Assembly (NCBI GenBank): GCA_017621705.1
Contig: JAGASR010000028.1
Coordinates: 21,558-85,557 of the forward strand
Direction: 5' to 3'
Origin: Clostridia bacterium
GTDB taxonomy: Bacteria; Bacillota; Clostridia; Oscillospirales; UBA644
DNA: 64,000 bases
Positions within the stretch are counted from its first letter, which is position 1. Each line of letters starts with the position of its first letter. Shown piece by piece: positions 40,053 to 50,774 of the stretch. Below the pieces are notes generated by a model. The model was not told where the DNA came from. It did no database searches and was given only the letters and a program-made list of their open reading frames with translations. The position numbers and the translations under genes were made by a program.

Positions 40053-41954
40053 ATGAAAAAAATGGATAGAATAAGCATTACGGGATATAAGCCTTCGGGT
40101 TTTGTTAAGAAATATCAGGAACTTATTCACGATATCATGATCCCCTATCAGTACAGAGTTCTTTCGAATCAGGAGCCCAACGTCAGCAAAAGTAATGTTA
40201 TCGAAAACTTTAAAAATGCGGCAAAGGCACTTCGCGGAGAAAAACACGACAGTTTCTACGGCATGGTTTTCCAGGACAGCGACGCAGGTAAATTCATTGA
40301 AGCTGCGGCTTATTCCCTTGCTACATTCCAGGATAAAGAGCTTGAAAAAATAATTGATGAATTTATAGATATAATTGCCGAAGCTCAGGACGAAGACGGA
40401 TATCTGAACACAAGATTTACCGTTCAAGAAAAAGAAAAACGCTGGGAAAACCTTCTTGAAGCGCATGAGCTTTATTGCGCAGGACATATGATGGAAGGTG
40501 CCTGTGCGTATTACGAAGCGACAGGCAAGCGCAAATTCCTCGATGTAATGGAAAGAAACGCTGAACATATTTATAATAAATTTATCGTAAACAAAGCCGA
40601 AGGCTATCCCGGTCACCCCGAGATCGAGCTTGCGCTGATGAAAATGTACAGACTTACGGGAAACGAGCATTGTCTCGATCTTGCAAAGCATTTCATCGAT
40701 TGCAGAGGCGTTGATCCTCATTTTTACGAAAAAGAAAGAAAAGCACGTTCATGGGTCGTCTGGGGAAGCAATCCTTCGAACTATGAATATCAGCAGAACA
40801 ATAAGCCCGTAAGAGAGCTGAGCGAAGCTACGGGCCACTCCGTAAGAGCGGCATATCTTTATACGGGTATGGCAGACCTTGCTTCCGAAACCGATGACAA
40901 AGAACTTTTTGATGCCTGCAGAAGACTTTGGGATAACATCGTTGAAAAAAGAATGTATGTCACGGGCGGCATAGGTTCCACACACCACGGTGAAGCATTT
41001 ACAAAGGATTACGATCTGCCGTCTGATACAGCATACGCCGAGACCTGCGCATCGATCGCACTCATGTTTTTTGCATCAAGAATGCTTGAAAATGAGATCA
41101 AGGGCGAATATGCGGATGTTATGGAACTTGCTTTTTACAACACCGTTCTTGCAGGCATTCAGATCGACGGAAAGAGATATTTTTATGTAAATCCGCTTGA
41201 ATCTATCCCCGGTATTTCAGGTCAGGTTACATCCCACAGCCATGTTAAGATAACGAGACCCGGATGGTACGACTGTGCTTGCTGTCCCCCGAATGCGGCA
41301 AGACTTATTGCGTCCCTCGGTCAGTATGCATACAGCGAAAAAGACGATACTGCTTTCTGCCATATGTATGCTTCGGGCGATGTTGAATTCAAAAACGGTC
41401 TGAAGATCGAATGTAAGACAGAATATCCGTACGAAAATACCGTAAATTATAAAATTAACGGCAACGGAAATATGGCGATCAGAATTCCGAACTGGAGCGA
41501 AAAATACACCGTAAACAAGAACGGTGCGGAAATCAACCCCGAAAATAAAGACGGATATATCTATATTCCCGTTTGTGACGGCGACGAGATCGGAATTGAA
41601 CTCGATATGACTCCGAGATACATCTATGCTTCCGAAAAAATACCCTACCTCACAGGCAAGGTTGCAATAGCTGTCGGTCCTACAGTATACTGTTTTGAAG
41701 GTGTTGACAATGACGGAGACGTTTTCTCTCTTTCTGTCGACACAAGTAAACTCCCCGTTGTCGAAGAATACGATAACGATCTTCTCGGCGGCACTCGCAA
41801 AATGACAGTCAAAGGCTTCAAGAAAGAAGCGCAGAAAGGGCTTTACACATCAAAAGCTCCTACATATACAGAAAAAGATCTGACAGCGATCCCCTATCAT
41901 CTCTGGGCAAACAGAGGCGAAAACCAGATGAGAGTCTGGATGACAGAAAAATAA
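40053..41954 (+). CDS. GH127 beta-L-arabinofuranosidase (HypBA1-like)
   Basis: FQDSD, HELYCAGH, GHPEIELAL, GHSVRA, AYAETCAS, CACCPPN, WANRGE. Confidence 0.92.
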   Translation: MKKMDRISITGYKPSGFVKKYQELIHDIMIPYQYRVLSNQEPNVSKSNVIENFKNAAKALRGEKHDSFYGMVFQDSDAGKFIEAAAYSLATFQDKELEKIIDEFIDIIAEAQDEDGYLNTRFTVQEKEKRWENLLEAHELYCAGHMMEGACAYYEATGKRKFLDVMERNAEHIYNKFIVNKAEGYPGHPEIELALMKMYRLTGNEHCLDLAKHFIDCRGVDPHFYEKERKARSWVVWGSNPSNYEYQQNNKPVRELSEATGHSVRAAYLYTGMADLASETDDKELFDACRRLWDNIVEKRMYVTGGIGSTHHGEAFTKDYDLPSDTAYAETCASIALMFFASRMLENEIKGEYADVMELAFYNTVLAGIQIDGKRYFYVNPLESIPGISGQVTSHSHVKITRPGWYDCACCPPNAARLIASLGQYAYSEKDDTAFCHMYASGDVEFKNGLKIECKTEYPYENTVNYKINGNGNMAIRIPNWSEKYTVNKNGAEINPENKDGYIYIPVCDGDEIGIELDMTPRYIYASEKIPYLTGKVAIAVGPTVYCFEGVDNDGDVFSLSVDTSKLPVVEEYDNDLLGGTRKMTVKGFKKEAQKGLYTSKAPTYTEKDLTAIPYHLWANRGENQMRVWMTEK

Positions 41955-41963
41955 ATATACAGA

Positions 41964-41996
41964 AAAGAACTCCGAGATACTCGGAGTTCTTATTTT
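41964..41996. terminator. Bidirectional terminator
   Basis: AAGAACTCCGAG-ATA-CTCGGAGTTCTT. Confidence 0.75.
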
Positions 41997-42032
41997 ATAA
42001 AAAATTGGAGGATTATAAGTTTTTGTTATACC

Positions 42033-43214
42033 TTAGGGAACATTTATGTATTCCGGATTAAATAAACCTTCATTTTCAGTTGCAAGGAGGGTTCCGTCTG
42101 TTTTTCTTACAATAATAACAGGACCTTTTGATCCCCATTGAAACACAAAATCTTCAACATCGGTAAATGTTTTTGCTATCTCTATTGCTGCTTCAACTTT
42201 ATCAATGTTTTCATCTGTAACGATTCCCTCTGGCAAATTACCGAAGATCATTTGACCGTCTTTTGTTACCGCAACAGGAAAATCCCCGTTTCTCTTGCCT
42301 AAATCAACGAAATTAAAGATATCGAACATCTTTATGTTTTCATGATCAAAATCTGTTCCTAAAGACAAAAGTTTTCCGTCTGATGTCAAAGCAAGAATAA
42401 AATTATCGCACATACGATAATCGACAATATCGGTCCATTCTTCCGCTTCGGGAAATTGCGGGCAGTTTAGTGTTCCGTCCGTATTTAAAACGGGATTTTC
42501 AACTTCGGTATATTTAGTCGCATATTTTGATTTTAAGCTGAAAACTTTTCCGTTTGCGCAAAATACATCATACACTCCGCGAAATCTGTCTTGCCTTATG
42601 TCTCTTATTCCCACAGTTTTGTTCAAATCATTAATGAATGACTCTGTGATTTCTTTTGATTGCGAAAGGAAATAATCCCACTCGTCTTCTTCGTAGTTTT
42701 GCTTTATATCTTCAATCATCCGATCTTCTGCGTCTTTCTTTTTAATATCGATAATTGAACCGTCTTTCATGAAAACAAATCTTCCGCATTTGAAATCGAG
42801 AATCTGTTCCTGATCGATCGGATCAAATAAATCGATACCTGCTAAAAATGGGTCTAAAGATACGGGGATATTGTTTACCAAAACTGTATTATAGTTTAAG
42901 TTCAATGATGGCGCAGACGATAAAAGTTTAGATTCAAACAGAGTATCTTCGTCTTTATTTTCTGTAAATTCATCATCTTTTTTCTCGGAATCACGATCTT
43001 CACTGATAATCTCGTCTTTATTTTGATCTATGGATTCGTCGTCTTCATTTTCATCTGTGTTATTATCCTGCAAGTTGTCGTTTTCGGTAATGGGAGGGGT
43101 TTGATTATTATCGGAATTTTCTGTAGTCCCTTTTTCTACGCATGAACAACAGCATAATAATAAAGCAGTAATAATGACTAAACACTTTATTGTAATATCG
43201 ATTTTCTTTTTCAT
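42033..43214 (-). CDS. Lipoprotein, acidic linker plus one copy of an unnamed ~290-aa domain
   Basis: Cys-rich lipobox; FESKLL...KCGRF..KDGSIID...CPQFPEAEEWTDIVDYR. Confidence 0.7.
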   Translation of the reverse strand: MKKKIDITIKCLVIITALLLCCCSCVEKGTTENSDNNQTPPITENDNLQDNNTDENEDDESIDQNKDEIISEDRDSEKKDDEFTENKDEDTLFESKLLSSAPSLNLNYNTVLVNNIPVSLDPFLAGIDLFDPIDQEQILDFKCGRFVFMKDGSIIDIKKKDAEDRMIEDIKQNYEEDEWDYFLSQSKEITESFINDLNKTVGIRDIRQDRFRGVYDVFCANGKVFSLKSKYATKYTEVENPVLNTDGTLNCPQFPEAEEWTDIVDYRMCDNFILALTSDGKLLSLGTDFDHENIKMFDIFNFVDLGKRNGDFPVAVTKDGQMIFGNLPEGIVTDENIDKVEAAIEIAKTFTDVEDFVFQWGSKGPVIIVRKTDGTLLATENEGLFNPEYINVP

Positions 43215-43238
43215 TCTCCTATCCTCTTTCTTTGATAT

Positions 43239-45452
43239 TTACGGTTCATTAACAAATTCGTGGTTGAAATTCGTTCCTTTTAAATTGGTTATCATCAAAG
43301 ATCCGTCTTTTTTGCGGACAATAATATATAAATTTCCGCTATTCGTTTCAAAAGTGAAGTCGTCAATATCTGTAAACGCTTTTGCCTTTTCGAATTGATT
43401 ATCCCAGTCTGTCTTCTGCTTTTCCGAAGATAATTGATCGCGACTTAATAGTTCTCCGAATATGAGTTTACCATCTGCTGTAAGTGCAACAGGCATATCT
43501 CCTTGGTTTGAATCCCAGGATACAGTATCCCAGATATCAAATTTAACTATATTTTCATGTTCAAATTCAATTCCTGCAGAACGAAGATTTCCGTTCGAAG
43601 TTAATCCGAGAATAAAATTATCGCATATACGATAATCGACAATATCGGTCCATTCTTCCGCTTCGGGAAATTGCGGACAGTTTATTGTACCGTCTGTGTT
43701 CAAAATCGGATTCATTTCTTTCCAGTACGATATCGAATACATATACTGAAGATAATAGACGTTTCCGTCGGCAGCAAAAACGATATATTCATCATTGTAT
43801 ATATCTTCTCTTATATCTTTTATGCCGACAGACTTATTTAAATTATTGAGAAATATTTCCGTGATTTCTTTCGGGTGGTTCTTTATTCGGATATCCCATT
43901 CCTCCGGTTCGAAGCTTGACTTTAGACCGCCAATAATTTCGTTTGCCGCTCTTTCTTTCTGTAAATCAATAATCGAACCGTCTTTAAAAAATACGAATCT
44001 GTCGCATTTAATCGTTATAACTTGTTCAGCATCAATTTCTGTATAAGGAGTTTGTTCGGAACGAGTGATATTTATTATTTTATCACCGATTTTAACGATA
44101 TTTCCCAGTGAAGGGGAAGATGGTAACAATTTCGATTCAAACGGTTCATCTGAAAACACAGGATTATATATTATACCGTGAGGGTCGGGTCTGTAGGGTT
44201 GATATTCAATAACTTCTCCGTCTTTAGTTATCTGTTTGTAATATTCCGAACCTCGTGTTCCGGTATAGTAACACCATAGAGAATCATCGGATTTTCTGAT
44301 CAAAAAACTATTTTTATAATCATGAAAATTAAAATCAACAATATCAGTCATCGATCTTGCCGTTTCCATTGCATCTTTCATAGTGTCTATGTAGTTCAGA
44401 TCCTTTTCGGAAAGCCTTTCATAATCAACGTTCTCATCAAATTCCCCGATTATAAGGTATCCGTCGGAATGTAGCGCAATCGGAATATTCTGTTCAAAAT
44501 ATGTATCATCATCTTCGTAATAATACACATCGGACCATATTTCAAATATCTTGATATTATCATATTCGAAATCAATGCCTGCCGAAAGCAGTTTTCCGTC
44601 GGATGTCAGCCCGAGAATAAAATCCTCGCAAATACGGTAGTCAATAATATCCGTCCATTCCTCAGCTTCCGGAAATTCAGGACAGTTTAACGTTCCGTCT
44701 GCTTCGAGTAGAGAATCTTCAAGCTTTTCATAATAATAAATCGAAATAGAATGTCCGTCATCTATCTTATAAACAGAACCGTCGCATGCGTAAACAATAT
44801 GGGACGAAATTCCACGTTCTTTTTCATCACGAATATCTTTTATTCCGACAGTGCGATTTAATTCAGTCAGAAATGTTTCAGTGTATTCTTTTGATAAAAA
44901 TTCTTCCATCAATTCGTCAGGATCGTCGTATGGATAATATTTTGTTAAATTATTCTTATACGCTTCTCTTTGCAGATCAATGACAGAACCGTCTTTCATG
45001 AAAAGAAATCTTCCGCATTTCAACGTCAGAATTTCGTTCGGGTCGAAGTAATCGTAAATCGTTCCGCCTGAAAGTTCTGTTGCCAGACGTTTCGGAATTC
45101 CGTTAACCAAAGAAGTATAGCCGTCCAGTGATGTTGAAGAAGTTAAAAGCTTCGATTCAAAAGGCTTATTCTCATCTTCTTCAATTTTGTCGCTTCCATC
45201 GTCTTGATTTTCTTCTTCCGAAGTCTGATTTTCATTCGTCGAATCTATGGTTTCATCTTTGTCCGTACGATCGTCTTCTTTTTCTTTTGTATTTTTAATA
45301 TCCGATAAGTTGTTATCTGTAACGGAAATATCCGTATCAGAGTCCTCAATCGATTCACCGTTGTTTTCGGATTTTTTGCAGGCAAAACAGGTTATTGAAA
45401 TTGCCGCAATCAATATCAAAATTTTAACTCCGACAAAAAATCTGTTTTTCAT
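43239..45452 (-). CDS. Lipoprotein, acidic linker plus two copies of the same domain
   Basis: CFAC lipobox, start MKNRFF after AAAGGA; two PFESKLL...FPEAEEWTDI.DYR units. Confidence 0.7.
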   Translation of the reverse strand: MKNRFFVGVKILILIAAISITCFACKKSENNGESIEDSDTDISVTDNNLSDIKNTKEKEDDRTDKDETIDSTNENQTSEEENQDDGSDKIEEDENKPFESKLLTSSTSLDGYTSLVNGIPKRLATELSGGTIYDYFDPNEILTLKCGRFLFMKDGSVIDLQREAYKNNLTKYYPYDDPDELMEEFLSKEYTETFLTELNRTVGIKDIRDEKERGISSHIVYACDGSVYKIDDGHSISIYYYEKLEDSLLEADGTLNCPEFPEAEEWTDIIDYRICEDFILGLTSDGKLLSAGIDFEYDNIKIFEIWSDVYYYEDDDTYFEQNIPIALHSDGYLIIGEFDENVDYERLSEKDLNYIDTMKDAMETARSMTDIVDFNFHDYKNSFLIRKSDDSLWCYYTGTRGSEYYKQITKDGEVIEYQPYRPDPHGIIYNPVFSDEPFESKLLPSSPSLGNIVKIGDKIINITRSEQTPYTEIDAEQVITIKCDRFVFFKDGSIIDLQKERAANEIIGGLKSSFEPEEWDIRIKNHPKEITEIFLNNLNKSVGIKDIREDIYNDEYIVFAADGNVYYLQYMYSISYWKEMNPILNTDGTINCPQFPEAEEWTDIVDYRICDNFILGLTSNGNLRSAGIEFEHENIVKFDIWDTVSWDSNQGDMPVALTADGKLIFGELLSRDQLSSEKQKTDWDNQFEKAKAFTDIDDFTFETNSGNLYIIVRKKDGSLMITNLKGTNFNHEFVNEP

Positions 45453-45530
45453 TAAATAATCCTTTCTCTGTTGTTTACGGTACGGCAACGTATTTTGAGT
45501 TAACGTTCTTCCTCTTTGCTGTTTTAATTA

Positions 45531-45559
45531 ATTAGACGAACCAAAAAGGTAAAAGTTCC
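45531..45559 (-). promoter_or_regulatory. ECF-sigma-type promoter
   Basis: GGAACT-15 nt-CGTCTAAT. Confidence 0.6.
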
Positions 45560-45602
45560 AAAATCAAATATGCAGAGTTTTTTTGTTAATATGTTGTTGT
45601 GT

Positions 45603-48600
45603 TTATACGGGCAGCTGATCGGCAATTCGCCAGCCGTTTTCGGTAAGTTGAAGAACGTACCGGAAAGTCTGATACGTTTCTTCTTCGCCAACCGTGGGGC
45701 TGTTTTCTTTATAGGTTATATCGATAACGACCTCGGAGTTGTTGTTTTCCACGATATTATAGGTGTAATCCTCGGAAAGGTACCAGCCCATTCCGCCCTG
45801 CATACAATACGTAAAACCGTCAACATTGATGTAAAGATCATTATTCTTTGTGTTCGTAAGATAGTTACCGCAGAACACGCTTGAAACAAAAGCGGTCCAT
45901 TCATCCCAGGTATCGTATTTTTCATCGATGACCTTATTATACATACCGCTTTCATCTGTAACAGAAGAATCGACTTTCATAGAAGCGGAAGAATATTCTG
46001 CGTATTTCTGATAAAGGTGAAGCTTTTCAAAAAGCTCGGCAATATCGGAATCGTAGATTTCTTCGGTTGCGGGTTCTATAGGCACGGGTACGGGTGCAAC
46101 ATAAGAAGACGAGCGATTTACGGAAAGAGTGTTATTACCATCGTAATCTTTGGAAATAACAATATATAAAGTTTCCTTTTGTCCGTCAGTTGTTTCGATA
46201 TCGTAACGGTATTCATTGCCGCCTACATAAGAACAAACAACAGAAGAAATTTCCCTGTATATTTTCAATGACGGTATTATTGTTGTAACACCGTTTTGCT
46301 GCTCATTTGAATAACCTGCACCCATTTCAGCGATAAGATTCCAGTCGCCGTTTTTAATGGCAACTCTGATCGCCTCCGCCAAAAAATTCAAATTAGAGCA
46401 TGTTTTCCAGGATTCCGCGCTGACTGTAAAAGGAATTTTATCCGTTCCCGGGAAAGATATATAGTTCTCAACATCAAAATAAATGACATTAGGCTCTACA
46501 TAGATACCGAACGAACGCAGATAGAAACGATCGTTTGCCTTTTCGACGCAGTAAGCCAGTGACTCAGTATAGTTCAAGACATTAAACGATGCGCTATCGA
46601 TCAATTTTCGGGAGTACAGATAACCGTTTTCCCCTATTTGTATATTAAGCTCGGTATAACCCGTATCAGTAGCAACAGAGATTGAAGGGTCTGCAGGTAA
46701 GGAAAGATATTTCTGTTCACCCATAAGCAGATTGAGAAGATTATGGTCCCCGTCTCTGAAAGCCTGAATAATATATTTTTCAAACTCTTTCAAATCATTA
46801 AGTTTGAGGCTTTCCTCGGGAACAGGTTCGATCGGTTTTGTTATATATTTTTCGACGTCAACAAGTTCTGCGCTCATTATTCCCAAACCGTTATCACTGA
46901 AGAATAATTCAAAACCGATATATTTGTCGTCATATCCGATAACAATTGTTTTATTATCATCAAAAACGATCGATGTGTATTCAAAATCTTTATAAGTATC
47001 TCCGTATGACATTACAGCGACATCAAAAAGATGTTTACCGATCGTATCGAGATCAGAGGAAGTTTCGGTCAGTTTCTCGTAATACGAATCGATTTTCCAT
47101 GACATTTCGCCGACCGCTGATGAATAAGCAGAAAGCGATGCAATATATATACGTTCGAGATTATTGCCGTCGGAACTGTATTTATAAACATTAAGAATAT
47201 CGTCTATACCGCTTTGTTCAACTTTAGCGGCAAATGATTTCTTAAAATCTGTCGGGAAAAGAAAAGATGTTGTTGCGGGATTATAGAACGAAACGTTTTT
47301 CGGCTCGAACCTTGAAGCATAATCCTCGGAAATATGAGTTTCAAGAAGGTTTTGAATATAGTCTACGGGATAGATATCTCCGTATTCAGAATTTGAACCA
47401 TCACATTCTCCGAAGAAATACGCGAGGAAGAATTTATCTTCATCGGTCATTGAATTCCCGTCAAAAATGCCCTTTCCAATATAGGATGCTATATTTTCGA
47501 AAAGCTCCGTAAAACGTTTTTCTCCGAAAGAAATAGGTTTATCTTCTATTAACACATCGGACGGTCCGCTTGATACGATCGGTTCCGTTATATAGACGGG
47601 AGCTGACGATGATCTGAATTTATCGCTTTCGGAAATGTTGCCGTCGCTGTATATAATTTGACAAACAGAGTCTTTTATCGACCAATCTTCATTAAACGTA
47701 AAAGCACGGACAAGAACATCATCAAGTCCAAAGGAATCAATTACGACCTCTTCCTGATCAAATTGATGAGGGAAATTAAAACCAACGATTTCATCTTTCT
47801 CCATATCGTAAGCAGACAATACGCCTTCAGAATCGATATAGTAAATATATTTTCCGGATATTGAGTAAGATTTAATATCAAAGTTTATAATGCTCTCCTG
47901 CTTTGTTGAAAGATCCAACAAACAAAGATGGGTTTCGCCGCTATCCGGAGTATATGTATACACAAACAAATCTTTAACAAGACGGAAATCTGAGATATTA
48001 CCGTCAAAATAACGGAACATATCTGTATCGGAAAGAATACGGTTGCTGAGATTTGTTTTCATATCACGTGCATAAACAGAGGTTACATCGGGAATTAAGC
48101 CCTCATTTTCTGCATGGTAATAGTAAAAGAGATCGTTATCCTTATCGATAAAAATGTCATCCATCAGCATACAATCCTGATAACGTTCCGCCTCACTGAT
48201 ACTGTTTGCGGTTATGGCAATACGGTCAACGTACACATCTCCGACATCGTAAACACCGTAAAGCAAATAAATATAGCCTTTATGAACGGCAAAACGATAA
48301 AAAGAATTATAACCTTCGTGTGAATCAGAATAGAAAAGATGAGTATACTCATACTTATCGGAAGCAAGATCGATATACCCTATCTCATCATCAAGAAGGA
48401 CATAGAGCCTTCCGTTATCGATATCTATATCGAGGACAGGTTCTTCGCCGAAGCCGAAAAGCTCTTCAACATTGCCGTCATCGAAAACGCCTGCAACAGA
48501 ATAATTCCAATTTTCATCACAGACAATGGAAAATGCAACAACGGATTTTTCTTCGGATCCTTCCGTTACGGGAGGATTATCGGAATTATCAGTCTCATCT

Positions 48601-50735
48601 GATTTCTGAGACTGATAATATTCGAAATCGGTCACATAAACGGGCGAGGAAAAACTCATATATTTCGAATCCTCGATGATGCCTTCACTGTCAGCTATTT
48701 TGAAAACATGACCGTTGACATGTTGTTCATCGTCATACGTAAGAGCCCAGAACAGTACTTTTTCAAGCCCATAAGGCTGAATACTTATTATTTCCTCTTT
48801 AATTTCTGACGGGAAAGTATGCTTCGAGATATTCTCATTTTCAAGATCAAGAGCAGAAAGAGTACCATCCCTACCGATAAAATAGAGATATTTTCCGGAT
48901 ACGGCGTATGATTTAATATCGAAATCCAACACACTGCTTGTCTTTTCTCTTATATCACGCAAAAAGAGTGCCGTATCGCCATCGTCACTATTGTGAGTAA
49001 AGATAATATAATCGCCGAAATGAAGAGGTGAAAATATACCCTCATCAAAGTTACGGTAAACATCGAGATCCGCAACAATGCAGGTATGCTTATCTGTATT
49101 CAGATCACGAGTGTAGACAGATACGGTTTCTTCTGAAGAAGACTCGTCAAATTCTGATAAGTAATAATACAGAAGGTCATTTTGTTTATCGATAAAGATT
49201 TTACCCATCGGCATACAATCCTGATAACGTTCGACCTTATTTATACCTTCCGCATTAACGGGAATACGGTCGATATGGAAATTTCCGACTTCATACGAAG
49301 TATAAAGCAAATAAATATAGTCGTCATGGACTTCGAATTTTTGGAACGCATCGGACCCCCCGTCTGCATGCCAATAGAAAAGAGGTGTATACTCATATTC
49401 GGAAGAGGTAAGATCGATATAGCCTATTTCACTCGGAAGCATAACATACAGTCTTCCGTTGTCGACTGAGATATCTGCAATTAATCGATCGAACCTGAAA
49501 AGCTCCATGACGGAACCATCTTCGAGAATACCGGCTACGGCATAATTAAAATTCTCATCGCTGACGATCGAGAATGCGACAATGGGAATACCTTCCGGTT
49601 CTTCCGTTACGGGAGACTGAACGGGATCTTCGACCGTTTCATCGGAAACGGAGGGATCATCGGGACCGATATTTCCGTCCTGATTAAAATCACACGCCAC
49701 AATCGCCGTAACTACAACGGAGATCAATACAATAAAGCAAAGAACGGTAATACCAAGCTTACGCACATTCATATCGAGAATATACGAAAATCTTTCTTTG
49801 AGAATACGTTTATCATTTGCAAAATAGGTAGAATATCCCTGAGATGCGGCATGACGTGATGCAATTTCAGAGAGGATCGCTTTTGAATACTGACCGCGGT
49901 ATTCCGTCGGTCTGCCTTTAACGACATCACAGTCGCAAGAAAGTTCGACCGCTTTAAAGGCATTTGAACGCATTATCCAGGCAAAAGGATTGAACCAGTA
50001 AACTGCGGAAACAACGTTCATAAAAAATTTATACCAAAGATCGCGGCGTTTGAAATGAGTAAGTTCGTGAGTAAAAATAAGATCGAGCGTACGTTCATCG
50101 CAAGAATAGTTCGAGGGAAGAACGATTATCGGACGGAAATATCCGACGAGCATCGGACCTTTTGCTCCGTCAAAAAAAGAAACAGATGCATTTTTGATAT
50201 TAAGATCCGCACAAACGCTGTCAAAAACTCCGAGTATGCTTTGATCGCTGACGGGTATACGTTTACGTAAACGAATACGGAATACAAAATATTGAATAAC
50301 ATAATAAAGTAAAACTGCCGCCGCTCCGCAAAGCCAGACATTGCAAGCTATTAAGGAGATTGGGATATTTTCCTTTACAGGCTGCTGAGGCTGAGGAGGC
50401 GAAGTAATCGGATAGATTACGGGCGGAGGAAGATCCTCAGGGATCGTAACATCGACGACGGGCATCTGATCCGTATAAGAGTCAAAGAATGTCTGCTGCG
50501 CAGGCTCGGCATATGTCACTGTAACAGTGCGGTCAGGGATCTTGACATTGACCGGAGCTTCAATTGTCGGTAAACTTATCGGAAGCATCATTCTGACAGC
50601 GAGGACAAGCCATGCAAAATAATAAAGCTTTGCTGAAAAACGCTTCGAAATAAGCTTTTCAAAGAGAAGCAAAAGAACCGTTACTATCGCAGAAACAATG
50701 GTTAACTCGAGTACTGCGGTAAAGACATCGGTCAT
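45603..50735 (-). CDS. BlaR1/MecR1-like M56 peptidase with ~1350-aa extracellular extension
   Basis: YFAWLVLAVRMMLP, GPMLVGYFRPIIVLP, HELTHFKRRD, VYWFNPFAW, ELSCDCDV; follows blaI. Confidence 0.88.
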   Translation of the reverse strand: MTDVFTAVLELTIVSAIVTVLLLLFEKLISKRFSAKLYYFAWLVLAVRMMLPISLPTIEAPVNVKIPDRTVTVTYAEPAQQTFFDSYTDQMPVVDVTIPEDLPPPVIYPITSPPQPQQPVKENIPISLIACNVWLCGAAAVLLYYVIQYFVFRIRLRKRIPVSDQSILGVFDSVCADLNIKNASVSFFDGAKGPMLVGYFRPIIVLPSNYSCDERTLDLIFTHELTHFKRRDLWYKFFMNVVSAVYWFNPFAWIMRSNAFKAVELSCDCDVVKGRPTEYRGQYSKAILSEIASRHAASQGYSTYFANDKRILKERFSYILDMNVRKLGITVLCFIVLISVVVTAIVACDFNQDGNIGPDDPSVSDETVEDPVQSPVTEEPEGIPIVAFSIVSDENFNYAVAGILEDGSVMELFRFDRLIADISVDNGRLYVMLPSEIGYIDLTSSEYEYTPLFYWHADGGSDAFQKFEVHDDYIYLLYTSYEVGNFHIDRIPVNAEGINKVERYQDCMPMGKIFIDKQNDLLYYYLSEFDESSSEETVSVYTRDLNTDKHTCIVADLDVYRNFDEGIFSPLHFGDYIIFTHNSDDGDTALFLRDIREKTSSVLDFDIKSYAVSGKYLYFIGRDGTLSALDLENENISKHTFPSEIKEEIISIQPYGLEKVLFWALTYDDEQHVNGHVFKIADSEGIIEDSKYMSFSSPVYVTDFEYYQSQKSDETDNSDNPPVTEGSEEKSVVAFSIVCDENWNYSVAGVFDDGNVEELFGFGEEPVLDIDIDNGRLYVLLDDEIGYIDLASDKYEYTHLFYSDSHEGYNSFYRFAVHKGYIYLLYGVYDVGDVYVDRIAITANSISEAERYQDCMLMDDIFIDKDNDLFYYYHAENEGLIPDVTSVYARDMKTNLSNRILSDTDMFRYFDGNISDFRLVKDLFVYTYTPDSGETHLCLLDLSTKQESIINFDIKSYSISGKYIYYIDSEGVLSAYDMEKDEIVGFNFPHQFDQEEVVIDSFGLDDVLVRAFTFNEDWSIKDSVCQIIYSDGNISESDKFRSSSAPVYITEPIVSSGPSDVLIEDKPISFGEKRFTELFENIASYIGKGIFDGNSMTDEDKFFLAYFFGECDGSNSEYGDIYPVDYIQNLLETHISEDYASRFEPKNVSFYNPATTSFLFPTDFKKSFAAKVEQSGIDDILNVYKYSSDGNNLERIYIASLSAYSSAVGEMSWKIDSYYEKLTETSSDLDTIGKHLFDVAVMSYGDTYKDFEYTSIVFDDNKTIVIGYDDKYIGFELFFSDNGLGIMSAELVDVEKYITKPIEPVPEESLKLNDLKEFEKYIIQAFRDGDHNLLNLLMGEQKYLSLPADPSISVATDTGYTELNIQIGENGYLYSRKLIDSASFNVLNYTESLAYCVEKANDRFYLRSFGIYVEPNVIYFDVENYISFPGTDKIPFTVSAESWKTCSNLNFLAEAIRVAIKNGDWNLIAEMGAGYSNEQQNGVTTIIPSLKIYREISSVVCSYVGGNEYRYDIETTDGQKETLYIVISKDYDGNNTLSVNRSSSYVAPVPVPIEPATEEIYDSDIAELFEKLHLYQKYAEYSSASMKVDSSVTDESGMYNKVIDEKYDTWDEWTAFVSSVFCGNYLTNTKNNDLYINVDGFTYCMQGGMGWYLSEDYTYNIVENNNSEVVIDITYKENSPTVGEEETYQTFRYVLQLTENGWRIADQLPV

Positions 50736-50774
50736 TCAGATCATTCCTTTCTGTGTGTGTTTGGGTTAAAGGGA

